Below, piece by piece: positions 8,908 through 18,169 of a DNA stretch of 32,000 nt. Within the stretch, counting starts at the first letter, position 1. Each line of letters begins with the position of its first letter. The stretch lies in assembly GCF_902713755.1 (NCBI RefSeq), contig NZ_LR744089.1; one strand, written 5' to 3'. The position numbers and the translations under genes are program-made. Source of the DNA: Candidatus Saccharimonadota bacterium (lineage in GTDB: Bacteria > Pseudomonadota > Gammaproteobacteria > Johnevansiales > Johnevansiaceae). Under the pieces are notes generated by a model. The model did no database searches. It worked only from the letters and a program-made list of their open reading frames with translations, and was not told where the DNA came from.

Positions 8908-11586
8908 ATGAAATATAATCCAAATCAAATTGAAAATTATTGGTATAAAAAATGGGAAAAAAATAAAAAATTTATTTCTAATAATTCAGTTATACCGTTT
9001 TCAATTATGATTCCTCCTCCTAATGTTAATGGAAAATTACATATTGGTCATGCTTTTGAATATACATTAATAGATACAATAATACGTTATAAACGTATGC
9101 AAGGTTATAATACATTATTGCAATTTGGTACTGATCATGCGGGGATAGCTACACAAATTCTAATTGATAATAATCTTGCTAATGATAAAATATCTCGTAT
9201 TTATTTGGGAAGAAAATTATTTATAAAAAAAACATTAAAATGGTGTAAGAAAACTATACCTAAAATTATTTTACAAATGAAACGTATGGGTATTAGTGTT
9301 GATTGGAAAAAAGAACGATTTACTATGGATTATGGTTTTTATCAAGCAGTACAAGAAGCTTTTATTAAATTATATAAAGAAGGATTAATTTATAGAGGAA
9401 AAAGATTAATTAATTGGGATCCAAAATTATTTACAGCTATATCTGATATAGAAGTTGAAAGTATTGAATCCAAGGGTATATTATGGTATATCCGTTATCC
9501 TTTATTAAATAATATTGATGGTAAAAAGTATTTAATAGTTGCTACTACACGTCCAGAAACTATTCTTGCAGACACTTGTATTGCTGTTAATCCTCAAGAT
9601 AAGCGGTATAAAAATTTAATAGGTAAATGTGTTAAATCTCCATTATTAGGTCGTATATTGCCAATTATATCAGATGAAGTTGTTGATAAAAATTTTGGCA
9701 CAGGTTGTGTTAAAATTACACCAGCGCATAATTTTCTTGATTATAAAATTGGTAAACGTAATAATAGTCTATTAATAAATATATTTACTAATAATTTTAA
9801 AGTTCGTAAAAAAGCAGAATTATGTAAGTTTAAATCAGGTAAAATTTTAAATTATAATTTTATTAAAATACCAAAATCATATATTGGTATGTCTATAAAA
9901 TTATTGCGTAAAAATATAGTTAAGGATTTATTAAAAAATAATTTTTTAGAAAAAAAAATAGATAATTATATATTAATGTTACCTTGTGGTGATCGTTCAG
10001 GGGCAATTATTGAACCTTTACTTACAGATCAATGGTTTGTTTCTATTAAAAAATTAGCTAAATTGGCTATAAATGCAGTAAAAAACGGTAATATAAATTT
10101 TATACCAAAAACTTATGAAAAAATATATATAAATTGGATGTATAATATTAAAGATTGGTGTGTTTCTCGTCAATTATGGTGGGGACATAGAATACCAGCT
10201 TGGTTTGATGATAATAATAATATTTTTGTTGGACGTAATGAAGAAGAAATAAGAAATAAATATTCTATAAAAACTAAATTATATCAAGATAATGATGTTT
10301 TAGATACTTGGTTTAGTTCAGGATTATGGACTTTCACTACTATTGGTTGGCCTCAAAATACATATTTTTTTAATTACTTTCATCCATCTAGTGTTTTAAT
10401 TACTGGTTTTGATATTATTCCTTTTTGGGTATCTCGTATGATAATGATGACACTTAAATTTATTAATGAAATACCTTTTAAAAAAGTCTACATACATGGT
10501 TTGATTAGAGATCAAAATGGACAAAAAATGTCTAAATCTAAAGGTAATGTTATAGATCCTATTGAATTAATAGATGGTAGTGAAACAAATAATTATGGTG
10601 CTGATGTTTTAAGATATACATTTTTATCTATATCTTTACCAGGTAAAGATATAAACTTTGATCTAGGAAGATTAAAGTGTTATAGAAATTTTTGTAATAA
10701 GTTATGGAATGCCACAAAATATGTTATATCTAAAGCAGTAATTTATTATAATAATGATTATAAAAAATTTTTTTATTGGGAAAATTTAAATTCAATCAAT
10801 AGATTTATTATTTCAATTTTACAAACAACTAAAAAAAAACTTTCTAATTATTTAGAAGAATATCGGTTGGATTTAGCATCTCAAATTATTTATGAATTTG
10901 TATGGTATGAATTTTGTGATTGGTATTTAGAATTTTCTAAAATAATTTTAAATAGTAAATATATATTATTTAAATTTAGTACAATAAATACATTAATATA
11001 TGTATTAAAAGAAATTTTATTATTATTAAATCCTATAATTCCTTTTATTACTGAAGAATTATGGAAAAATATAATGTTATTACAATATAAAAATAAAAAA
11101 ACAATGATAAGTAACCAATATTGGCCTAATATAGATAAAAATAAATTTGATGAAGACGCTATATATGATATAGAATTTATAAAAAAAATTATTATAAATA
11201 TACGTTATATGCGTGCATCAATGAATATTGATAACTTGAAAATAATAAAAATTTTTTGTTCTAAAGTAAAAATTTTTTATAAAGAATTATTAAAAAAATA
11301 TAATTATTATATATGCAAATTAGCTAATATTAAAATAATAAATTATTATGAACCAAATATTCCTTGTGTATCAAAAAATATTGAAAATATTATGATAATA
11401 CATATACCAATAATAAAATATTATGATTTTAAATTTATTATCGAAGAATTGAAAAAACAAAAAAAATTAATTAAAATTTTAGAAATTAAATTAAAAAATA
11501 AAAATTTTATTAATAAAGCTCCTAAATCTGTAATAACAAAAAATAAAATAAAACTAAAAAAAGCAAAAGATTTATTGATAAAATAA
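8908..11586 (+). CDS. valS: Valine--tRNA ligase
   Basis: Class I aaRS with the HIGH-type box PPPNVNGKLHIGHA, KMSKSKGN and a C-terminal coiled-coil. I place the start at ATG 8908 (MKYNPNQIENYWYKKW...), preceded by GGAG at 8896-8899. The track start at 8848 adds 20 non-conserved codons. Confidence 0.93.
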   Translation: MKYNPNQIENYWYKKWEKNKKFISNNSVIPFSIMIPPPNVNGKLHIGHAFEYTLIDTIIRYKRMQGYNTLLQFGTDHAGIATQILIDNNLANDKISRIYLGRKLFIKKTLKWCKKTIPKIILQMKRMGISVDWKKERFTMDYGFYQAVQEAFIKLYKEGLIYRGKRLINWDPKLFTAISDIEVESIESKGILWYIRYPLLNNIDGKKYLIVATTRPETILADTCIAVNPQDKRYKNLIGKCVKSPLLGRILPIISDEVVDKNFGTGCVKITPAHNFLDYKIGKRNNSLLINIFTNNFKVRKKAELCKFKSGKILNYNFIKIPKSYIGMSIKLLRKNIVKDLLKNNFLEKKIDNYILMLPCGDRSGAIIEPLLTDQWFVSIKKLAKLAINAVKNGNINFIPKTYEKIYINWMYNIKDWCVSRQLWWGHRIPAWFDDNNNIFVGRNEEEIRNKYSIKTKLYQDNDVLDTWFSSGLWTFTTIGWPQNTYFFNYFHPSSVLITGFDIIPFWVSRMIMMTLKFINEIPFKKVYIHGLIRDQNGQKMSKSKGNVIDPIELIDGSETNNYGADVLRYTFLSISLPGKDINFDLGRLKCYRNFCNKLWNATKYVISKAVIYYNNDYKKFFYWENLNSINRFIISILQTTKKKLSNYLEEYRLDLASQIIYEFVWYEFCDWYLEFSKIILNSKYILFKFSTINTLIYVLKEILLLLNPIIPFITEELWKNIMLLQYKNKKTMISNQYWPNIDKNKFDEDAIYDIEFIKKIIINIRYMRASMNIDNLKIIKIFCSKVKIFYKELLKKYNYYICKLANIKIINYYEPNIPCVSKNIENIMIIHIPIIKYYDFKFIIEELKKQKKLIKILEIKLKNKNFINKAPKSVITKNKIKLKKAKDLLIK

Positions 11587-11825
11587 TGTCTATTATAAAT
11601 AAAAATCATATGGATATAGGTAAGTGGTCGGTTATATTTTTTGCTGATTTTAGTTTTGTATGTCCAACTGAACTTGTAGATTTATCTGAAAATTCTTCTA
11701 AAACTTTACACATAAAGCATGGCTTGATAGTTCTAAAATTAAATAAATATATTAATAAAAATCCAGATGATGTTTGTCCAGCAAAAACTTTAAAACCTAA
11801 TATAGATTTAGTAGGTAAAGTTTAG
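11586..11825 (+). pseudogene. ahpC: Collapsed alkyl hydroperoxide reductase C (2-Cys peroxiredoxin) remnant, an intact 79-codon ORF
   Basis: MSIIN...GKWSVIFFADFSFVCPTELVDLSE...NPDDVCPAKTLKPNIDLVGKV matches the N-terminal, peroxidatic-Cys (FVCPTEL) and resolving-Cys/C-terminal (EVCPAKW...LDLVGKI) segments of the ~187-aa AhpC as I recall it. More than 100 internal residues are missing. The ATG overlaps the valS TAA (TAATG). Confidence 0.7.
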
Positions 11826-11827
11826 GT

Positions 11828-12025
11828 ATGTCTTTAATAATTACAAATGATTGTATAAATTGTGATGTATGTTCACATACCTGTCCAAATAATGCTATTT
11901 TTCCAGGTGAAGAAATTTATGTAATTAATCCTGATTTATGTAATGAATGTAGTGGTTCTTTCACTCATCCACAATGTCAACAAGTTTGTCCTGTTGCTTG
12001 CATTAATCAACGTACTCTAACTTAA
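11828..12025 (+). CDS. yfhL: Small 2x[4Fe-4S]-type ferredoxin (YfhL-like)
   Basis: 65 aa with CINCDVCSHTCP and CNECSGSFTHPQCQQVCP cluster motifs, colinear with recalled E. coli YfhL ([22 protein letters not shown]...CTECVGHYETPTCQKVCP). The C-terminus is truncated and ends inside a local duplication. Confidence 0.85.
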   Translation: MSLIITNDCINCDVCSHTCPNNAIFPGEEIYVINPDLCNECSGSFTHPQCQQVCPVACINQRTLT

Positions 12026-12041
12026 TTTAATCAACGTACTC
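12003..12041. repeat. Direct repeat with 24-bp period: TTAATCAACGTACTC at 12003-12017 and 12027-12041
   Basis: Exact 15-mer present twice. Copy 1 encodes the last residues of the ferredoxin (..INQRTL). Copy 2 is the reverse complement of the trpA terminus (..GVR-TGA). Confidence 0.9.
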
Positions 12042-12840
12042 CTTGAGATAATTTAATAGTTAATTTTAATACATTACTAATTGCTTTTTTAGGATCATAA
12101 CAATATTTTTCTATTTGTTCTAATAAAGCTGATCCCACCACAACTGCATCACTTATATTTGATAGTCTATTAACTTGTTGTATATTTCTAATACCAAAAC
12201 CAACTGCAATTGGTAAATTTGTATATTTACGTATTAACTTAACAGATTTTTCTACTTCATCAATTTTTGGAGCACTTCCTCCAGTTACTCCATTAATTGA
12301 AATATAATATATGTAACCTGATGAATTTTTTAAAATCAAAGGTATTCTATTTGCATTAGTATTAGGTGTAATTATACGTATAAAATCAATTCCCTGTTTT
12401 AGAGCTGGTATACAAACTTCTTGATCATGTTCTGGTGGTAAATCTACGATTATTAACCCATCAACTTGAGCTGTATAAGCATCTTTAATAAATTTTTTTA
12501 CTCCATATCTATAAATAGGATTATAATATCCCATCAATATTATTGGTGTTTTCTTATCAACTAAACGAAAACTTTTTACCATTTTAAGTGTTTTTTTTTG
12601 ATTATGACCACGATCTAATGACCTTTGAGTTGATTTCTGAATTATTTCACCATCAGCTATAGGATCTGTAAAAGGCATACCCAATTCTATAATATCTGCT
12701 CCTGCTTTAGGTAATTTTTTTATTAATTCTAAAGAATTTTCGTAATCTATATCTCCTGCTGTTATAAAAGTTACCATAGCGGTTCTTTTCTTATTGTATA
12801 TTTTTTCAAAACATTTTTTTATACGTTTATTAATAATCAT
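12031..12840 (-). CDS. trpA: Tryptophan synthase alpha chain
   Basis: 269 aa with ELGMPFTDPIADGEIIQ, LMGYYNPI and GFGI motifs. It lies immediately downstream of trpB with a TAATG overlap. Confidence 0.95.
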   Translation of the reverse strand: MIINKRIKKCFEKIYNKKRTAMVTFITAGDIDYENSLELIKKLPKAGADIIELGMPFTDPIADGEIIQKSTQRSLDRGHNQKKTLKMVKSFRLVDKKTPIILMGYYNPIYRYGVKKFIKDAYTAQVDGLIIVDLPPEHDQEVCIPALKQGIDFIRIITPNTNANRIPLILKNSSGYIYYISINGVTGGSAPKIDEVEKSVKLIRKYTNLPIAVGFGIRNIQQVNRLSNISDAVVVGSALLEQIEKYCYDPKKAISNVLKLTIKLSQGVR

Positions 12841-14021
12841 TAACTATGCTCACTTATTATTGATATATCCTTATCGCCTCTACCACTCATATTTACTATA
12901 ATAATAGTTTTATTTGACAATCTGGGAGCTATTTTACTTACATAAGCTAATGCATGAGCTGATTCAAGAGCAGGTATTATACCTTCTAAATAGCAACATT
13001 TTTTAAAAGCATCTATAGCTTCATTATCAGTAACAGATACATAATCAATACGCTTACATTTATAATAATAAGAATGTTCTGGACCTATACCAGGATAATC
13101 CATTCCTGCTGAAATTGAGTGGGCATCTTTAATCTGACCATCTTTATTTTGTAAAATATAAGTTCTATTACCATGAATAACTCCAGGTACCCCTCCATTT
13201 AGGCTAGCTGCATGTTTACCTGTTTCAATCCCCTTTCCACCAGATTCTACTCCTATCATACGTACATTATTATCATTTATCATTGGATAAAATAACCCCA
13301 TAGCATTAGATCCACCACCTATACAAGCTACTAATATATCAGGAAGTTTGCCTTCAATTTTAATAATTTGTTCACGTACTTCATAACCAATTATAGATTG
13401 AAAATCACGAACCATAACAGGATATGGATGTGGTCCAGCAACTGTACCTATAATATAAAATGTATTTTCTATATTATTTACCCAATCTCTTAAGGCTTCA
13501 TTCATAGCATCCTTTAATGTCCCCTTACCTGATTTAACAGGTACTACCTTAGCGCCTAATAATTTCATTCGAAAAACGTTTGTTTTTTGCCGGTGTACGT
13601 CAGTAATTCCCATATAAATTACACATTTCATACCAAATCTTGCAGCTACAGTAGCTGTAGCTACTCCGTGCATACCTGCCCCTGTTTCTGCAATAATACG
13701 ATTTTTTCCTAAACGTTTAGCTAATAATATTTGACCAATACAATTATTTATTTTGTGCGCACCTGTATGATTTAAATCTTCTCTTTTGAAATATATTCTA
13801 GCTCCACCTAATGATTGAGTAAATCTATCAGCTAAATATAATGGAATTGATCTGCCTATATAATTTTTTTGATAATATAATAATTCATTATTGAATGATT
13901 TATCTATTTTAGCGGATTGGTAAGTTTTTTCAAGTTCTATTATTAAAGGCATTAATGTCTCTGATACAAAACGACCACCAAAATCACCAAATAAACCTTT
14001 ATTATTAGGTATAATATTCAT
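12840..14021 (-). CDS. trpB: Tryptophan synthase beta chain
   Basis: 393 aa with [12 protein letters not shown], the PLP-Lys box [23 protein letters not shown] and GGGSNAMG. Confidence 0.97.
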   Translation of the reverse strand: MNIIPNNKGLFGDFGGRFVSETLMPLIIELEKTYQSAKIDKSFNNELLYYQKNYIGRSIPLYLADRFTQSLGGARIYFKREDLNHTGAHKINNCIGQILLAKRLGKNRIIAETGAGMHGVATATVAARFGMKCVIYMGITDVHRQKTNVFRMKLLGAKVVPVKSGKGTLKDAMNEALRDWVNNIENTFYIIGTVAGPHPYPVMVRDFQSIIGYEVREQIIKIEGKLPDILVACIGGGSNAMGLFYPMINDNNVRMIGVESGGKGIETGKHAASLNGGVPGVIHGNRTYILQNKDGQIKDAHSISAGMDYPGIGPEHSYYYKCKRIDYVSVTDNEAIDAFKKCCYLEGIIPALESAHALAYVSKIAPRLSNKTIIIVNMSGRGDKDISIISEHS

Positions 14022-14102
14022 TATTAATCCTTAATTTTTTATTACTTAATTTATATTTTATTATTTTTTATATTATTTACTAGTATAAAACTATTGATAA
14101 TA

Positions 14103-14600
14103 ATGCAAATTAAAAAAGTACCAATAATTATAAATTTTCAATATGAAATTAATAATATAATTAAATTAATTATACCAAATGAAAATTTAATGTATTCTTG
14201 GATTACTTTAGTTTTTAAACAACATTATAAAGATGATGTTATACGATATAAAGATGTTATAATACATAATGAATTGACTATACGTTTTGTTGAATATAAA
14301 GAAATTTATACACTTAACAGCTATTATCGTGGTATAAATAATTTAACAAATATACTTTCTTTTCCATATGAAGCTCCTTCTGGGATAACAATACCTTTGT
14401 TAGGTGAAATAGTAATAACACCAAATTTAATTTTATATGAATCATTAAAAAAAAATAAATCTTTTATAGCTCACTTGGCTCATATAATTATTCATGGTTG
14501 TTTACATTTAATTGGTTATAATCATAATAATGAAAATGATGCTGATAAAATGGAAAATATTGAATACTCAATATTAGAACAAATAAACTTATATTTATGA
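14103..14600 (+). CDS. ybeY: Endoribonuclease YbeY (16S rRNA 3' maturation factor)
   Basis: Zinc-binding motif HIIIHGCLHLIGYNH (HxxxHxxxxxH) and TNILSFPYE. I prefer ATG 14103 to the TTG at 14094. The stop overlaps the leuS start (ATGA). Confidence 0.88.
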   Translation: MQIKKVPIIINFQYEINNIIKLIIPNENLMYSWITLVFKQHYKDDVIRYKDVIIHNELTIRFVEYKEIYTLNSYYRGINNLTNILSFPYEAPSGITIPLLGEIVITPNLILYESLKKNKSFIAHLAHIIIHGCLHLIGYNHNNENDADKMENIEYSILEQINLYL

Positions 14601-17182
14601 ACAATTATTTTTCTTACATAGATATTGAACGAGAAGCCCAGACGTTTTGGGAAGATAACAAATGTTTTGAAATAGTAGAAGATATTAATAAGGAAAAATT
14701 TTATTGTTTATGCATGTTTCCATATCCTAGCGGTAATCTACATATTGGGCATGTACGTAATTATACAATAGGAGATGTAATATCTCGTTTACAACGTATG
14801 CTAGGTAAAAATGTATTAAATCCTATTGGTTGGGATGCTTTTGGTATGCCTGCAGAAAATGCTGCAAAAAAAAATATTGTTTCTCCTAATAAATGGACAT
14901 ATACTAATATTGAATATATGCGGAAACAACTAAAAAATTTAGGTTTTTCTTATAATTGGGATAGAGAAATAACAACATGTAATTTACATTACTATCGGTG
15001 GGAACAATGGTTTTTTATTAAATTGATAGACCATGGTTTAATATATAAAACTAATGCAAGTGTTAATTGGGATCCGTTAGATAATACTATTTTGGCGAAT
15101 GAACAAGTAATAAATGGTATTGGATGGCGTTCTGGGGCAAAAGTAGAACGTAGAAAAATTCCAATATGGTTTTTTAAAATTACAGAATATGCGGCAGAAC
15201 TTTTGAAATGTTTAGAAAATATTGATTGGCCCGAGTCTGTAAAAAAAATGCAAATAAATTGGATTGGTAAATCTAAAGGAATAGAAATTTTTTTCAAAGT
15301 TATGGCTTCTGTTCCTAACTTTTTATCTAAATTAAAAGTTTTTACAACACGCCCAGATACCCTATTAGGAGTTACTTATATAATATTAGCACCTGATCAT
15401 CCTTTAGTTGAATTAGCTGCACAATCTAATAAAAAATTAAATAAATTTTGTAATAATTTTCGTATAGGTGGTAATTCTTCATTAGAATTATTAAATAAGG
15501 AAAAAATTGGATTATATATAGGATATAAAGTATTACATCCAATTACCAATGAATATTTACCAATATATGTTTCTAATTTTATAATTATGGAATATGGGAC
15601 AGGGGCTATAATGGGTGTTCCAGCTCACGATAATAGAGATTGGGAATTTGCAATTAATTATGGATTACCAATAAAACCTGTAATTTCAGACAATAATGGT
15701 AATATACCTGATATTTCTAAAAAAGCATATACTGAATATGGATTACTTATAAATTCAGGTATATTTAATAAATTAAATTTTTTTGAAGCTTTTGATTCTA
15801 TTAATAAATATATAAAAAAAATAAATTGTGGTGTTATTAAAACTTTATTTAGATTGCGTGATTGGTGTATTTCTAGGCAAAGATATTGGGGCACTCCTAT
15901 TCCTATTAAATACGGTACCGAAGGACAAACAGTCCCCCTTACTGATAAAGAATTACCTATTTATTTACCTACTGATGTAATTTTTAATAGTAAATTTAAT
16001 TTAAAAAAATTAACATCATTTTACGATTTAGGAAATGGATGGGTTCGTGATACGGATACTTTTGATACTTTTATAGAATCATCTTGGTATTACGCACGTT
16101 TTTGTTGTAATGATAATAAACAATCAATTCTTGATGCAAGGGTAAACTATTGGTTACCAGTTGATATGTATATAGGTGGGATTGAACATGCTATTTTGCA
16201 TTTATTATATGCTAGGTTTTTCCATAAATTAATGCGTGATTTTGGCTTATTTGAATGTGATGAACCTTTCAAAAAATTAATTACTCAAGGTATGGTTGTT
16301 ACACCTACCTACTATAGAGAAATACATGGTAAAAAAGAATGGTTTAATCCTTTAGATGTTAAGTTAAATAAAGATAAAAACACCGGTCAATTTATAGCAA
16401 CTTTAACTACCGATGGTGCTACTGTTATAAGTAGCGGTATTGAAAAAATGTCTAAGTCTAAAAATAACGGTATTGATCCTAAAGTTCTAATTGATAAATT
16501 TGGTGCTGATACTTTACGTTTATTCATTATGTTTTCCGCACCTACTGAACAATCACTTATTTGGTCAGAAACTGGAATTAGAGGTGCTAACCGATTTATT
16601 AAACGTTTATGGAATATAGGGAATATACATATATCTAAATATTATTCAGAAAATAATAAAATAAAAATATCATCATTAACACCTGAACAATTTATTTTAT
16701 ATCGAAAAACCCATAAAACAATAAAAAAAGCTACTGAAGATATGATTATACGGCATACATTTAATACTGTAATAGCTAAAGTAATGAAATTAACTAACTT
16801 AGTATCACGTTTTATTGATTATAGTATCAAAGGATTAGCTGTAACTAGGGAAGCATTGAAATCTATTATACTAATATTGGCCCCTATTGTCCCGCACATT
16901 ACCCATATTTTATGGAAAAAAATGGGATACTCATATGCTATTATTGATGCAAAATGGCCAACTTTTAATGAAGAATGCTTAGTAGGAAAATTAATTACCG
17001 TTTTAGTACAAATAAATGGAAAATTACGTAAAATATTAAAATTACCTATTAATTATGGTACTAAAAAATTTGCAAGCGCTATTTTATCCTCTAAACAGAT
17101 TAAATGTTACATAATAGGGAAAAACATTAATAAAATTATTATCGTACCAGGAAAATTAATTAATATAGTAGTTTATGAGTAG
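14597..17182 (+). CDS. leuS: Leucine--tRNA ligase
   Basis: 861 aa with PYPSGNLHIGHVRNY (HIGH), KMSKSKNNG and a CP1 editing-domain region. The stop TAG (17180-17182) lies in the first unit of the 11-bp array. Confidence 0.97.
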   Translation: MNNYFSYIDIEREAQTFWEDNKCFEIVEDINKEKFYCLCMFPYPSGNLHIGHVRNYTIGDVISRLQRMLGKNVLNPIGWDAFGMPAENAAKKNIVSPNKWTYTNIEYMRKQLKNLGFSYNWDREITTCNLHYYRWEQWFFIKLIDHGLIYKTNASVNWDPLDNTILANEQVINGIGWRSGAKVERRKIPIWFFKITEYAAELLKCLENIDWPESVKKMQINWIGKSKGIEIFFKVMASVPNFLSKLKVFTTRPDTLLGVTYIILAPDHPLVELAAQSNKKLNKFCNNFRIGGNSSLELLNKEKIGLYIGYKVLHPITNEYLPIYVSNFIIMEYGTGAIMGVPAHDNRDWEFAINYGLPIKPVISDNNGNIPDISKKAYTEYGLLINSGIFNKLNFFEAFDSINKYIKKINCGVIKTLFRLRDWCISRQRYWGTPIPIKYGTEGQTVPLTDKELPIYLPTDVIFNSKFNLKKLTSFYDLGNGWVRDTDTFDTFIESSWYYARFCCNDNKQSILDARVNYWLPVDMYIGGIEHAILHLLYARFFHKLMRDFGLFECDEPFKKLITQGMVVTPTYYREIHGKKEWFNPLDVKLNKDKNTGQFIATLTTDGATVISSGIEKMSKSKNNGIDPKVLIDKFGADTLRLFIMFSAPTEQSLIWSETGIRGANRFIKRLWNIGNIHISKYYSENNKIKISSLTPEQFILYRKTHKTIKKATEDMIIRHTFNTVIAKVMKLTNLVSRFIDYSIKGLAVTREALKSIILILAPIVPHITHILWKKMGYSYAIIDAKWPTFNEECLVGKLITVLVQINGKLRKILKLPINYGTKKFASAILSSKQIKCYIIGKNINKIIIVPGKLINIVVYE

Positions 17183-17222
17183 CTTATGAGTAGCTTATGA
17201 GTAGCTTATGAGTAGCTTATGA
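17174..17222. repeat. Tandem repeat, 11-bp unit TATGAGTAGCT x4 plus partial TATGA
   Basis: The copies at 17174-17217 are perfect. The first contains the leuS stop and the last partial copy contains the holA ATG (17219). Each unit carries ATG..TGA. Confidence 0.97.
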
Positions 17223-18118
17223 AAATATTTTATTACCAGCTTTCTGAGTATTTAAATAATAGTTTATCTTCCCTTTATATTATATCTGGATCTGAACCAT
17301 TGGTAGATATGGAAGTATGTGACATGGTTCGTGCAAAATTAAATTCATTGGGTAGGGTAGAGCGTAAAGTTATAAATATAGAAAAAGAAAAAAGCTGGTG
17401 TAAAAAACTATTGGAAGTATCTACTAATTTATCACTTTTTTACATACTAAAGCTCATAGAAATACAAACACATAGTACACCTAATATTCAATATGCTAAG
17501 CTATTAATGAGTACTAATATTTTTTTATTGATTAGGACGATGAGGACCCTAGATATACAACAAAAAAATTGGTTTAAAGAACTAGAATGCGTTTTTGTGC
17601 CTATTTTTAAAATAGAAGATATTTATGGTTGGATTTTTAATCGAGCAGCAAAAAAACATCAAATCAGTCTTGATATAGATGCTATATATTTTTTAAAGCA
17701 GCGCTATGAAAGTAATTTACTTGCCTTGGATCAAGCTTTAGCCAACATTAAATTAAAATACCCTAATAATACTTTTTTAAAGGCACAGGATATATTAACT
17801 ACTATTAGTGATAATTCACGGTTTAATGTAATTGATTTGCTGGATGCTTGTATTTTAGGTGATACTAACCGCTGCATACATATTATTCAAGTATTGCAAA
17901 TATCAGATTTTGATGTATCTATTATTTTATGGAATTTAATTATTGAATTGCGTATATTGAGTAAAAAAACAAAACATAAGCTATCACTACAAAGGTTATC
18001 TATTTATTCCATACATAATATGTTATTATTTGCTCAAAAATTAGACATTGCAAATAAAAATGAGGATAAGGATAATATTTGGGTATCCTTGAATAATTTA
18101 ACTTTCATGCTTTTTTAA
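17219..18118 (+). CDS. holA: DNA polymerase III delta subunit
   Basis: 299 aa. LYIISGSEPLVDMEVCDMV and YESNLLALDQALANIKL align with recalled E. coli HolA (AYLLLGNDPLLLQESQDAV, YEGNLLALAQALERLSL). Its position after leuS matches the leuS-lptE-holA cluster. Confidence 0.82.
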   Translation: MKIFYYQLSEYLNNSLSSLYIISGSEPLVDMEVCDMVRAKLNSLGRVERKVINIEKEKSWCKKLLEVSTNLSLFYILKLIEIQTHSTPNIQYAKLLMSTNIFLLIRTMRTLDIQQKNWFKELECVFVPIFKIEDIYGWIFNRAAKKHQISLDIDAIYFLKQRYESNLLALDQALANIKLKYPNNTFLKAQDILTTISDNSRFNVIDLLDACILGDTNRCIHIIQVLQISDFDVSIILWNLIIELRILSKKTKHKLSLQRLSIYSIHNMLLFAQKLDIANKNEDKDNIWVSLNNLTFMLF

Positions 18119-18125
18119 TGATTAG

Positions 18126-18169
18126 CTCTAATCTCTCTCTAATCTCTCTCTAATCTCTCTCTAATCTAA
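18126..18169. repeat. Tandem repeat, 11-bp unit CTCTCTCTAAT x3, flanked by partial CTCTAAT and CTAA
   Basis: Perfect copies at 18133-18143, 18144-18154 and 18155-18165. The array fills the convergent holA/lpdA spacer. The trailing partial unit supplies the lpdA stop (CTA = TAG, 18166-18168). Confidence 0.95.
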
